A stretch of 61,147 bases of DNA, filler included, from 13 parts of 13 records of this genome joined end to end with filler, not necessarily neighbours in it, one strand, 5' to 3'. Positions 44,626-57,825 are shown, counted from the whole stretch's first letter. Numbers and translations are program-made. The notes: generated by a model not told the origin, from the letters alone.

Positions 44626-47600
44626 CTAGACGAACTCGGGCAATCCGGAGCGTTCGAATTCGTGAAGGACACGCTCGATCCCTTGTTGCTGCCTTTCTTT
44701 CTGCTCGCGATTTTCGATTCCATCTGCGACTTGTAGCAGCTGTGTAGGTCCCGGTCCTGCCATCCCATTGCTTGGTGCGAGGTTCTGTACGATCAAGGAC
44801 GAGAAACCCACTGACGCGAAGATTGCAGTTGCGGAAAACGGTCCGTCGGGTGAGCTGGCGTCGAGTAACTTCTTGAACGTATCTTGAATGGCCTTCACCT
44901 GCTTGTCCATCTGTACTCTCACAAGTTGCAGCGCCCAGATGCGAAACGACTCGGCCTCAATCTACCGAGCATTTTGCAACGAATCATTGATCAGTCTACG
45001 CTTGGATGATTTCATGTAATTTGTGGGCTAGACAACACCAAAAATCAAAACAACAGGCATCCTGTGCTGTCTGTATGGTGCAACAATGTTGCACAAGGTA
45101 CAGCAGCGCGCGGGAAAGTGACGGGCGGACCTCAGCAGCGACCGCAGAGGGTGCAAAGAACGGCTCCGTAGATTGCTTCGCGCCCATTTTCAGTTGCAGC
45201 ACATGGCTTTTCATGGAGGCATAGAACTTGTGAAAGGTTGGCGAAGCAAATTGCAGCAGCTGCGCCTTGTGCTTGCTCCACCGGGCATCCTCGGGCTGCA
45301 CTCCTCCATTAAGAGCCCATTTCTCTGCCATGCTGCCTGTCGTTGGCCGAACATACTCGCGTTCGATCATCGCGTCGTCCGGTTCGGGCTCAGGCGCGGC
45401 GAGAGCATTCATTTCCTCCGCGTCCGAACGAGACTGGTCCCATAGCCGGCCTTGGGAAAGGTTCGTGCACGCTTCCAAGAAGTGTGTCTTGTCTTGCTCG
45501 GTCATGAAGGCAAATTCTGAAATCTCTCCGCTTGGGCTGACGATCTTTAGCTTCGGGCTGGGGGGAAGCGAGCTGAGCATGCCCCAGCTATGAGGCGGGC
45601 ATTCATTGACCTCATAGCCATTGAGATCAGGGATCGATCTGAGCGCACAGGCCACATTAGCTGCAGTTTAGGTGAAGACGTTGCAAACGCATACTGCGTG
45701 ACATCAGCAAACAGTACTTGCCAGTGCTTGGATGCACGCATGAACACAACATTCGAAGAATGGTCACTCTCTATGAACTCACGTGGAGCGTGCGCTGCCC
45801 AAATCGCCCAGTACCCCGGTCGCTTCATCGTCGAACACGAACAGGCCGACACGGTTTTCACTGCCGGGGTCTTCCATAATTCTCACATACCGCTCAGGCC
45901 ATGTTTTCAGAGTCGGCTTCTTCTTCCAGCACTTCGCAGCTGGCATACCGGTGGACGTCGTACGAGGATGCTGTACTTGTAGCGGCACAGCGTTTGAACT
46001 CGGTGCACAACCCGACCCTAGTGATTGGGGATCGAGCGTATAGTCACACAGGTGCTTCAGCGCGTCTTGGATCTCCTTGAGGTCGAGGTATTCTTTTGAG
46101 ACCACCTCATAGGTCGCAGTGTGTTGAGTCTCATCAGCAGCTTCACGAATTTTCTTCCAAGCTTTCCGGAGCAGGCCTGTAGCTCCATGTTGGAGCATCT
46201 CGTTCAGTTTTGGAAAGCTGTCTACACTGCACTCAGTCGATGCTGCCTGCTGTCCGCTCTCGGCCATCGGATCCAAAGTAAATTTAAACGCCGCGACAAC
46301 CTTGTAAAAGTCTTGACAAAGCGTCACGATCCCTGGAGTGGAGTTCTCGTAGTGAGCTGTGCCTGGAATCAGCGATCCACGAGAGTCGGGCTCTGGCACT
46401 TGATCGACTTCAATCTTGTCTAGCAATTGGCCCATCATTGAATCGAGACCATCGGCCAGCTCTCTTGCCATTGTGGTCGCCGCGACAATGTCAGATTTCT
46501 TTTGCGTACTTGCCACTGCGCTACCGAGCAGGTTGACATCTTCCATGGAGCTCTCGGTTAGGCTGGTCTTCCACTGCAGAACCTCGCTCGTCGACAGATG
46601 CAACAGGCTCTCTTCTGCTCCAGCTTGATCATCTGCAGAACACACTGTGATCAGCGCAGCAGAGTCTGTCGATTGCTGCTAGGCACGGCGCAGATTTGCA
46701 ATCTTACAGATGGCCGCCGGCGAGACGCTCTCCTCAAATTGATCCCACAGCTGCGTAAGCCTTTTGTTGAACGCCTTCGTACTTGAATGCATCCCTGAGG
46801 TCCCAGAGGCAAAACGCAGTGTAAAAGTGGAAGTTGCGAAACCTACAGGGGATTAATACCTTTCGTCGGGTCCCTGACTGTGTAGAATCGCTTCCCGAAC
46901 TTGTCGTAGTGAGAGCCGAGCTTTCTTTTGCCCTCCACCATTTCTGTGAGCGACCTTCAACAGTCAGCATCGAACGCAGTCTGCGTTTTGCAGAGGTTGC
47001 GTGGCGATTTTACCTGCGCTTCGTGAGTCGTTGTTCGCTTGGGCCTGCACCATGCGCCCGTAGGAGAGAAAAACCTTTTCGACGTGTGCCCACGTTGGAT
47101 TTGGAACTGTCGACAGTTCCTTGTCCAACGCGGCCTTCTTCGCCTTGAGCTGTTTGTAGACACCTGGCAGCTGGGCTTGCAGGTGGTTCGCCAACTGCTT
47201 TTCCAAAGCTGCTGCGATGGCGTCGTTTCCAACGTGCCCCTGTGGATAACCACGCACACACTCGTATCAATCCCAAAGCTACGACTCAAGTCTAATACTC
47301 TGAACGTACCTTTTGGAAGTGGCTTTCGATCTTTTCCTTCAAGTTAATACCCTCACGCCGGAATGCCTCTTCAGTTTCCACAGGAGGGTTGTACGCCGCG
47401 TAGTAAGGCGTAGAGGTGGCTGTGGCGATTTCCTGTTTGAGCTGTTCCCTATCTTCACGCATCGTTTGCGTATCGGGGATACCATAAAGTTGATCGACTT
47501 TCGTGACTACTCCGACCGTTCGCTCCTCCGTTCGGTCTACTTCCCGAGCCAGACCTTTACCAACCCACGTTGCTGGGTCGGTTCCTGCTGCGGAGGCACA

Positions 47601-48479
47601 CAGAATAATAGCATTGCTCGAGCTCACCACGTCCGTGACCATTGACCGCAGTTCTTCTTTAAGGCCGTGTGTCTTTGGATCATCGACGGCGCGAAGGCCA
47701 GGCAAGTCCACCAGCGAGAGATTTGGCAAGCACGGCCCGACCAGTTGTACTATCACCTTGTCCCGAGTGATGCATCCAGGCTGCACAAGGCTGTCTGTTG
47801 CTTGTTGGATCTTCTTGCGGATTTTGTGGCCCCACCGATCGATTTGATCCGGGGTGGGGTTGGATCCAGGCCCAGCGACCTCGTCCCCTGCGGAGTCCAA
47901 CCCGCCGTGTTGTCCTTGTGTTCGCACAATCGCTTTATGCTCCGTGGCACCACTTGGGCAGGTCATCTGCACTTCAATCGGGCAGCGCGTCACCATACCG
48001 GTGCCTTCAGGGAGAAACTTCATTTTCGATGGCATGCGTGCGCTCACAATTGCGCTAAGAAGGGTGCTCTTGCCCTCCGCCTGGCCACCCACCACACATA
48101 TCTGCGGCCAGTCAAGCACGCCACCGCCGTCGGTGTCACTTGCGATCTGAAGCGCCTGCAGATTGACATCTTGCACCTTGTTCACGAGCTCCAGAAGCTT
48201 CAACTGCGCAGGGGTCATGTTTGAGCGCGCCTGCGACACCACAGTGGGCGCGGGGGACGGCTCCGGCTGCGGCTGTGGAGTCAGCTCTTCATCTGAAGAG
48301 ATTTCCTCCGAGCTAGAGCTGTCTTCGCTCATTTCGTCGCTGGAGTATTCTTTCCGATTCTTCATCTTCTTTGCGCGACTCCTGCGCGATGAGGTAACCT
48401 CATCGCGCGGCGTCATCGGGCGAGCCGGTGGCGAGGGCTTGCCAGAAGTAGAGCGCCGCCCCCCGGACCGAGACGGCAT
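44626..48479 (-). CDS. Dynamin-family GTPase with PH-like domain and probable GED, multi-exon
   Basis: G1 PQICVVGGQAEGKS, G2 LPEGTGMVTRCP, G3 LVDLPGL, G4 VVTKVD; downstream exons include KCWKKKPTLKTWPERYVRI (PH-like). Confidence 0.88.
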
Positions 48480-49171
48480 GACCCCAACCGAAGTCAACGA
48501 ACGACGAGAAGCAATATGGCCGCGCTGCCCTCTCTTCCTCACGCAGCCAGTGCAGAGTCACTGCTTGAGGACTGTACCGGCAGCCTCTTCCCTCCGTTGT
48601 CAGCCCTGGCAGCAGCCTCGAGCCACGAAGGGGGGAACCTGGGCGCCGGCGGGCGGGACGGCTGAGCGGCGGAACGCGCGTGAGTTCCCAGCGCCGCGCG
48701 CGCGGGAAATGTGTCTACCGGTACTTGAGTACCTTGTACGCCGACCATTAGAATACTACTGTCGACTCTGACTGTACTATTCATAGCTAGTATATAAACT
48801 TGATACTGTATGCATGTATCCCGAATTGTACCAATACCAGCGTATGGTACATGTATGAGGCAGCGCGCGTGCCGCGACGCGACGCGTCGACGCTGCCGGA
48901 GCCTCCGCCGCGGGCCTAATGCCTAGCTAGCCGCGCGCAAGCCGCGTCGAAACACGAAAGTCTCGTGTTTCCTTCACTAGAAATCTTCGTTGAAACCAAC
49001 TGCATGTAAAATACGACCGTGTCGAAAATGTACCCTGTTCGTTCGGTCAAATCACCCTACCAGTACGGTACAGCAGCAAATTGCCTCTTTGAGTTGGCTA
49101 CTAGCTAGAGTTACCGGTAGGCTGCGCAGCTACGATATACTTAGAATCCTGGCCAAAATAACGGCTCGTAA

Positions 49172-49271
49172 NNNNNNNNNNNNNNNNNNNNNNNNNNNNN
49201 NNNNNNNNNNNNNNNTTAATTAATTAANNNNNNNNNNNNNNNNNNNNNNNNNNNNNNNNNNNNNNNNNNNN
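49172..49271. other. Artificial contig linker
   Basis: 44N-TTAATTAATTAA-44N. Confidence 0.99.
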
Positions 49272-51993
49272 TGTCGCACGTGCAGTCATTGATCTCCACG
49301 GGACACGTTACTGCTGATACAAGTGTATGGGCAGAGGGTATGGATCATGGATGGCTGCCGCTAAGAGACTGTGCGAGTGATTTTGGGCTTGCTGAAGCCT
49401 TGGGGCAGCGTGCACCGCCACCGCCACCGCCTGCACACGAGATAGAGCCCGTAGAGGGCGGCGCACGTGCTGCCCTCATGGACATGATCCCACTGTTTCA
49501 CCAGACCAAGCAATACTTGAACAAGGTCGACAGCAATGACCGCTCTCCGCCCAATTTGAACGTTGTTGACCAGGTGACTACTCAGCCGACAGTCTTGAGA
49601 AGTCGTCCTCGTGGCGAATCCTGGGCGGTACCATCATCGAAAGCAGCATCGCCGCTTTCACCCATATGTGCCAACTCCAAGGTGGACGAACCTACTAGCT
49701 CACTGAGTTCGACATTTTCGGCATCATCTACGTCGTCGGATGAAGACGGTCTGCTCCTCCAACGACCTCGCGGTAAGTCGTGGGGAGCAAATCGCCAGGC
49801 ACAGCTGCAGCAGAACCAGAACCAGGAACCAGAACTAGAGCAGGAGCAACATACCAGCATGATTCGACGACCGCGCGGTAAATCGTGGGGAGCACCGAGA
49901 CAGGAACAGGGGCAGAAACAAGAATCAGAGCAGGAGCAGAAACAGCAAGGCAGCATCATTCGACGACCACGTGGTACATCGTGGGGAACGCCGAGACAGG
50001 AGCAGGAGCAGCAAGCCGTCAGCGGAATCCGTCTTCAGACTATCTCGTCTGCTGCCGAGGCAAATTCCTCAGGTGACTCGGACGATGCGGCTGCTGACGG
50101 TCAGAGTACACCAGACTTTGCTTCCGTTGTAGATGATGAGCCCAGTGCGATGTCAGCAGAGCTCGATCAGCGTTGGCGAGCTATGGGTGGCTCTGATCGC
50201 GTCCTTGAGCAAATTCGTCAAAACCTCCGTGGAGCGTCCTACAGGAAGGGCGGGCAGGATCCGCGCAAGCTGTTCGAGATGTATGACCGTGACAACAGCG
50301 GCGATATTGATCGCTGGGAGTTTCGCCAGGCGGTGCGAAAAGGCGGTCGGATTACTGTAGCGATGCTGTGTGATGTTGACCTGGACAGATTGTTCGATTG
50401 TGTCGATGTCGATGGTGACGGGGACCTGAGCATTGATGAATTGATTGTGATGATTTGGGGTGACGATAACACAAAGACAAAGAAACCCCAGCCTGAAGCA
50501 CTGCCTGAATTCCGCTCACAGGCAAAGCGCATGACTGATGATGCTAGGTTCGAATCACTCCGCGAGTACTACTTGGACAAACGAATCACTGCACAGCGTG
50601 CTACACCTTCGACAAAGACAATCCGATCGGCGCTCGAGAAGAACGACTTCGCAGTACTATGTGGAAAGCTACAGGCAAAGTATGGTGTTCATCCGTTGGC
50701 GATTTTCAATGAGCGGTGCGTAGCCATTCTTAGTTGGCTGTTTTTGATCTGTACCTCTTTCCGGTCCTGTCCTAGCTCTGGTTTGCTTTCCGGACTCGGT
50801 GTCACGCTGTTAGCGACTGTATCCCTGCTACTGCAGGCATGCTGTTTCGAGACCAACACCCGCCGATCTCAAAGAACAGGTCCGACAATCCGGTCAGGTT
50901 GGTTTCGGTGGGAGTGTTCCCAGTCCATCGCGGTCATCAAAAAAGGGCAAGTCACTGTCACCCGCGGTAGGTGTCCATGTATGTATTCAGTTGAGATACT
51001 TTCTGGCGCTGACAAGGTTTGCATATGCCACTTGTACGCACACAGCGTACGCGGCGCAGTACTCCACCGCGCAGGGCTGGAATGGGGACGCAGCGCTCCA
51101 GAACCACTCCCGAACGTAAGGCTGACAATAGCCCGGCTAGACAGCTGCAGGAAACGAAGTCTTCAACAATCAAGCAGGGCACACTCCAGAAGCTTGCCAG
51201 TGGTGCTGTGGCGGAAGGTGGATGGCTGTCACTGGGCAGCTCTCAGCTACCACGCAGCACAAGCGACGCGCGGATGGACTCTAAACATGACGTGAACTCT
51301 TGGCATTCGCAGCAAGTGAAGATTGAGTTGACTCAGACGACGCTCATGCACAGCCCACGCAAAGGGAAAGTCACAGCAGCGATCCATTTCTGCGCGGCTG
51401 GGCAGGTTATGGGCCGCAGTGCCACTGGCAAAATTGAACTAGAAAGCTGTTCTGACATTCAATATACCGAGCGAGGAGCTGATTTCACCCTAGTAAGTGG
51501 TGCAAGGGATCCAGCTGGTTGTCTTGGGCACGTATTGTGACCGCTCTGAGCTCACTACTGCGTGCTCGTGGTCTGTTCCATTTGCGGGTAGGTGGGAACG
51601 GACGGTGCACAGCACGTTTTCGCTCCACTGTCGGCTGCTGCAGAAGACCTGGACGAGGCAGCACATGCAGAGGTGGTTGAGGAGTGCGAGTCATGGGTAG
51701 CTGCGCTTAGGCTAGCCCAGCACGCAACGGACCGAGCGCTGAGCTGTCGGCTGTTGTTCCGGTATGCGACTGGCAGCTAGCTTTGCCTGGCTGTTTGGTA
51801 ATGCCTGGTCTGGCCGGATATCCGTTGATTTTGCTGGTGTGTGCGCAGTTTCTATCGCCAGGTTGCTGGCGAAACGCGCACAAAACGGGAACTCGAGCAA
51901 CAAGTAGAGGCTATGGGTGGTGAGCAATTTCCTGCGCTATGCGACCAGCTAAATCAGGAGTACGGTGCGCACCCGGCAAGCTTGTTGATTTAA
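49272..51993 (+). CDS. GYF_2 + EF-hand + PH-like domain protein with a duplicated small helical domain; multi-exon, 5'-partial
   Basis: GHVTADTSVWAEGM..WLPL (GYF_2); DRDNSGDIDRWE and DVDGDGDLSIDE; IKQGTLQKL..ECESWVAALR (PH); LCGKLQAKYGVHP and LCDQLNQEYGAHP; TAA at 51991-51993. Confidence 0.75.
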
Positions 51994-52421
51994 TGAAGTT
52001 CATTCGGTCATTGTTGCGACGTAAGTTTACATTCCACCCAAGAAGCTGTGACGTCCACGGGACTATTCCACCCAAGACGCCACACGGACGCCTCTTCCTG
52101 GGCAGAGGCGGCCTCTGCCCGTCTTTGCTATTAATGCATGTCCGAGACCGATGAGAGTCAACAAGCTGAAGATAGCTATTGAAGCTGGCGAACTAATGTG
52201 TGGCAATCAACAATAGTCATCGATTCTCGTCCACACAGCGACGATATTCAACATATTGCTACTTTTTTAGCAGCATGACTGTGATACAATAATTATGCTG
52301 CCCAGCTCTGCATTCAACTCCGAGACTCTGAGCGAAGCTCTGGTCAGCGAGCTTGTCAACCGGCATGGACCCCAGCCATTGCGCACACCACAGGAACACT
52401 GACCAACAATGTAAGTGTTCT

Positions 52422-52946
52422 CTATGCCTTTCTCTGCTCTGTGCTCGATCGACTGCGCTTCTGCATGGGCTCAACATCCGAGCTGCTCGTTCTGCGTTTC
52501 GCATCTCCAATTTCTTCGATGGTGCCTCCCGAGCTGTAGTGCTCGTCTGCTGTCACTCTCTCATCAGCCTCCATCTCATGCACGAAGTCACTGAAGCGTA
52601 CGACATAGCCTCCTGAGCCGTCATCCGGATCCACGTCTGCTGCATCTACTCGGTCACTTTTGTCGTCTGGACGGTCCGCACGACCGGTTTGCACGATCCG
52701 CACGGGGCAGCCAAAACACCTGGGATCAGAGTGTGCCAATGCTGCGGCTGCGTCTCTCTCTGAGCCGAACAGCACCGTCCATGCGCCAACAGTCGGGTTC
52801 GGGAGCAGTGTTGGCGTGGCCGCAAGCCCCAGTGACTGGCGCAGCGCCGCGGCTAAGGATCGCGCTGGGTTGGCAGGTGCGTCGAGCAGCTGTGCCATCA
52901 TTGTCCCACGCGTGGCGCCAGGAGCTGGAGCTGGACGCGCCAACAT
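52422..52946 (-). CDS. 3' fragment of a hypothetical protein, possible RRM-like domain
   Basis: WTVLFGSERDAAAALA..FGCPVRIV resembles RNP1-helix-beta4; convergent with the neighbouring gene; start not resolved. Confidence 0.4.
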   Translation of the reverse strand: MLARPAPAPGATRGTMMAQLLDAPANPARSLAAALRQSLGLAATPTLLPNPTVGAWTVLFGSERDAAAALAHSDPRCFGCPVRIVQTGRADRPDDKSDRVDAADVDPDDGSGGYVVRFSDFVHEMEADERVTADEHYSSGGTIEEIGDAKRRTSSSDVEPMQKRSRSSTEQRKA

Positions 52947-53087
52947 TCACACTAACGGCGACTCAGCGCCCGCGCAGCTGCACGTTCGTTCACATCAGCA
53001 TCACGCGTCGAATGATATCGTGGCGGCGGCGCGCCACAGCACAGACCCGCGCGCCAGAGGGCGGCGCCCCAGCAACGATCCGGTCTT

Positions 53088-53187
53088 NNNNNNNNNNNNN
53101 NNNNNNNNNNNNNNNNNNNNNNNNNNNNNNNTTAATTAATTAANNNNNNNNNNNNNNNNNNNNNNNNNNNNNNNNNNNNNNNNNNNN
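53088..53187. other. Artificial contig linker
   Basis: 44N-TTAATTAATTAA-44N. Confidence 0.99.
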
Positions 53188-53287
53188 AGGAGCATGCATA
53201 GGACTGGGATGCATTCCGCGCGCGCGGTAGGGAGCTCCTACTCAGACTGCACAAGCAATCACACACCGGACACCTTTGCATATACCC

Positions 53288-56200
53288 CTAGGGCTCTTCA
53301 AAATCGTCAGGGCGTCGATTTCGGATGGCTTGGAGCTCAGCTTGGAGGTCAGCCACTTCCTCCGCAGCGATTTGAGGTGGACTTGTAGGTCTGGTTTCGG
53401 TGGTGGCCTCGGCCGGCTGGAGCTTCCCACCGCTAGACTTGAGAATTCCCGCAGTAGTTAACTCCTTTTCGTGCTGATGCTGTTGCACAAGTGAATCCGC
53501 AGAAGAGTCAATCGCTGCGATTGATGTCTTAGTCACAGTCGTGTCAGCCTCAGGAGGCAGGAGGAATTCAGCAATGTGTGGATCACATGCATATGCCCTC
53601 AGCACCTCGTTCAACCAGGACTGCAGCCCATGTTGTCTCTGTCCCACTGTGCTCTGCGCCCGACTCGTGCTTCGGCTAATTTTGCGCGGTGGAAAAGGAA
53701 CTTTTTCGACATTTGCCCTTCCCGATTTGATCAAACTGGAGCGGAGTGCATAGAATTCCGAGAACCTTTTTGGTTTGGGAGTGACGATGCTCCCATCGAA
53801 ACAACAGTACTTCATGTTGTAGACGTCATAACTACGCCCACTCTCAGGATCACGCAAGGTCTCGGAGCCGGTAAGCTCGACTCGTACAGGTGATACCGGC
53901 GCTGCAGCTGGTGACTGCATAGCCTCGAGACTGAGCGCGATGCCACCCGTGCCCATGATTTCGCTGGTGGATACGCTCTTGTTTTGATCTTCATCTTGAC
54001 CAGACGATGCAGCTACAGCTAGCCTCCGCACGGCGCCGAGGGTGCGTACTTTCGACTTCCACTTCTCCTGAGCGACACGTCCACGTGGTGTTGACTCGAG
54101 CCTTGCACTCACCACCCTGGCTCGCTGCTGCTCGGTACGCTGCGTGTAGTCCAGATAGAAATGCTTGAACTCGGCAAATGTGACCTTACCGTCCTCGAAA
54201 AACTCCTCAAGCTGCTGCCGGTCCGGAGGCGTGAGCACAATGTCAAGCTCCTTAATGAAGGCGCCGAACTCATCTCTCGAGAGGTACCCTTTGCGCTGCA
54301 GGTCGAACTGATCGAAGACAGAGAAGATGTCAGATTGAAGACACCGTGCGCGGACTGCAAGGAACTTCTCTTCAGCGCCACGCGTGGTGAAGTACTGCTG
54401 GTTGAGCTGTTCGAACACGCGAGGAGCGCCCACACGCATCCAGTCTGCGACCATGATGTCCACGCGGTCGAGGGACTCGAACGGTCGGGTGGAGTAAAAC
54501 CAGCGTTCGACCTGCGTCATGAACCATGAAAAGATGGAAAGCAGACCAATAATTGCCGCAAAAGAGTTGGAGATGAAGACAAATACCGACTGATGGACCA
54601 CACGGACGGTGGCCAGCGTGGCAGGAGCCTGCTCGATAAGAAAGAACAACCGCACGCCATTGGCGTCATTGAAGGTAGACTCCGATACCTCACTGCCAAG
54701 TGCTGTGGCAACGTACTCTACATGATAGCCTACCTCTTGCTGAGCCGTGGTCTGAAACGTGTACACTGATGGCCGCGCAACAATCGTGATACGTGTAGGT
54801 TGCTGCCCGCGGAAGGAGCGGTCAACAGCGGAAGGCTGTACACTGGCACGCAAGGAACTATTCTGCGGTTCTTGATCCGGGCCAGAGCCCCCAACAAAAG
54901 ACGATTCCGACTCCGCACTCCACTTAATCTCGTGGGTAAAGCTATGTGCTTCAAGAAATGCAACAGACACCCCGACGGCGCCGTTGACTTTGCAACTTTC
55001 GCACACCCACCACAAGGTACACTGCTGCTGCTCCATGAAGCATCGCTGCTGCCCGACTGGAAAGTCTGAGGTGTCGGAACTCACTGTGATGCCAGGGGCG
55101 CAAGTACCTATCGCATCAACAGCGCACTGGCCACGATACCCAGAGAGTTGGACCATGAACTGCATTGTAGCCTGGTGCTCAAGTTTGAGTGACTCCCAAA
55201 TCAAGTTCGGCTGCAGCGATTGCGTCTCCTCAGTATTGTTTAGAAGCACTGGCATGAAGAGTACAACAACGTATGACAGACCAGAGACGAGAGTCAGCAG
55301 AGAAAACCACCCGCCGACAGTCGTCTTCTTTTCCTGTGCATGGAACCCTACTGAGTCCGAGTAAAATCCTGCGGCATGAGCATTTTTGAAAAAAAAATCA
55401 AACCTTCGCATTTTATCGCTATGTGGCTTTATCACGACGTTGTAGGAAAACAAGGTCGACAGCACAATCAAAGCAACTGTGGTAAGGATGTAGACAATCT
55501 TCTGCAGAAACCAGACCTGCTGTTCTCTTGACTGGAGGGTCTTGGGCTGCAAGCTGCTGACCTCAGAGGTATTTGCTACGAACTCTGGCTGAATCGTCGC
55601 AATTGGACAGTGCTGACTGTTCAAGCAAGGTACACAGCCCAACTCCCGATCAAAACGTGTCCCTGCGGGACATGGCGAGCATTGATAGCGAGAGGAGGCT
55701 GCGATAATGAAGCCTCTATAGCCTGCTGGGCAATCTACACAAACGCTGGCCCGTCCATTGAACTCTGAATATGTGCCGACTGGGCAGGGGGTACACACTG
55801 CCGGCTCTGTCGAGTTGTCAAAGACGAAACCAGGGCTACAGGGCACACACAGAGTAGCATTCGGTGAATACGGATCGCACGGTGGGAATGACAGCCGGTG
55901 TGCCTCGTTTGTGGTCGAAACAAGTTCCGTTGCAAGCCAAACCCTCTCTGTGCCACCAAACGAGATCATATCCGCACCCGATGTCGAACTCGTAGAGTAC
56001 ATTCTTCTCGCTGGAAAATCTTCAACTGATACCCAAGTGGCACTGGTTCTATACCTGCCAGTGTCAATCCGTTGCACACGGACGTGCACGACGTCGTCAA
56101 GAACCTGTGTTCCCCAGTCAACAACTCCACCGGAGAGGAGAAACGAGCTGCCAGCTACAGAACTCGCAAGATTGAACCAGGCTCGACCGGCCAAATAGAA

Positions 56201-57152
56201 ATCGCATTCACTATATGTATCACAAGACTCCACTGGTTGTTCAGCATAGTTCTCAACAAGATACCACACTGCTCGCAGTGTAGTGCCATCATCACGATGA
56301 CAGACTGCCGCCTCTGTTCCATTTTCATGCACAGTCATTGGCGTCAGATCGTCGTGGTCCAGCAGCCAGATATCAACCTGTTCTTCCGAAGCTGTGTTCG
56401 TGCCACCAATAACGACCACCATGTCTCGACCATCAACGTGGATCTGTGCTGCCCCGTGTCCCTTCCGGGGCGAAGGGCTAGAGCCTCTACAATGGATTTG
56501 TTTCCAGATCGAGTCGACCTGCAAATCAATGGTCCACGTCGTGTCACTGCTAACATCATCATCACCTGTTCCCCCAAATAGCAACCATTGCGACGACCCA
56601 CCAGACAACGCAACCATCGTATGCCCCATGCGTGGGGGGGGCGCACGGTCAGTCTGGATTTCACCCCAGCTGTGAGAATAGACGTCATAGCACCACATAT
56701 CATTGAGGAGCCACCCGTTGCCATGCAATCCTCCATGAATGCACATCTTCCGACCACTTACAGCTGCTGCATGAAAACTCCTGCGTGCCGGGCTCTCGCC
56801 AACTACCTGCAAGCGTTGCCACCCAGTCTCTTCACTAAGCGACCACAAATCCTGCAGACGACGCCCATCGTCTGTCTCTCCACCAAACAGCAAAGTTTCT
56901 GTGCCAATGCTCGTTAGAGTAGCCCCTTTCCGAGCCTCAGGAGAGATAGACTGCTCAGCAACAGACGTGAAAGCAAATGTCTTGGAGTCGAATAGGACCA
57001 AATCATTCAGCATCGATGAGGCCCCCCATCCACCGAAAACCAAGAACTCACTTTCTGAGATCGCCACCATTCCTCCGTCTGATCGCGGAGGAGGACGAAA
57101 TTGATCTATGTCGCAGAGTCCACACGATGAAGGACACGCGGCCATGACAGCG
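53288..57152 (-). CDS. Membrane protein with kelch repeats, TNFR/ephrin-receptor-like Cys repeats, three TM helices, EF-hand and PX domain; 5'-partial
   Basis: 1285-aa ORF; repeated FGG/HGG kelch motifs; CxPCPxGTY repeats; DLQRKGYLSRDE; PX motifs KRFSEFYALR..PFPPRK..RQHGLQSWL; N-terminal CPSSCGLC like the end of a ShK domain. Confidence 0.85.
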
Positions 57153-57252
57153 NNNNNNNNNNNNNNNNNNNNNNNNNNNNNNNNNNNNNNNNNNNNTTAA
57201 TTAATTAANNNNNNNNNNNNNNNNNNNNNNNNNNNNNNNNNNNNNNNNNNNN
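57153..57252. other. Artificial contig linker
   Basis: 44N-TTAATTAATTAA-44N. Confidence 0.99.
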
Positions 57253-57825
57253 GGGCGCAAGGCAACAATCGCAAAATCGCGAAATCGCAAGTTTTCGCAA
57301 GTTTTCGCTAATACCCAGCTAGACGTCTATTCATTTTCATAGATCGATCAAGCGCCGAAGTTGGTGCACGCGATCCCCGCGCCATTGTGGACAGTACCAT
57401 CGCGCTCGCGGGCGGTGGTGTGCCAGACACTACTCCGTACGCGCTGACTCAGCTGCAGGTGCAACTTCGAACTTGCGTCGAAGCGGGAGTCAAGGTGGGT
57501 TGTAATAGACGAAGTTCAATGGTTATCGCTGCCGGTTGTTTCCTCCCTTGGCACGGTTGGAACACACCATGAGTACGCACAAGCCGCAGACTAGGGGGTG
57601 CAGGTGAGAAACGAACTAATGTATTCGATTCTATATCTAGCTCCACGAAGGCTGTAGAGCAACAGCTGTGAGCGGCTATGAGTTCCTAGGTCGCGTTTGC
57701 AGGCCACAATGATTGATTTCAAAGTCCTTCATGCAGTCCCGCGCGCGGCACACACATCACCCCGGCTGATTTCCAGTCCTCGACTCATATCTCGTGCCAC
57801 TGACCTGCCCAGTGCGATGGCTGGC

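Noticed and set aside
3003-57252. Twelve regularly recurring TTAATTAATTAA palindromes in N runs
   Set aside because: Identical 100-bp artificial linkers with six-frame stops; not biological.
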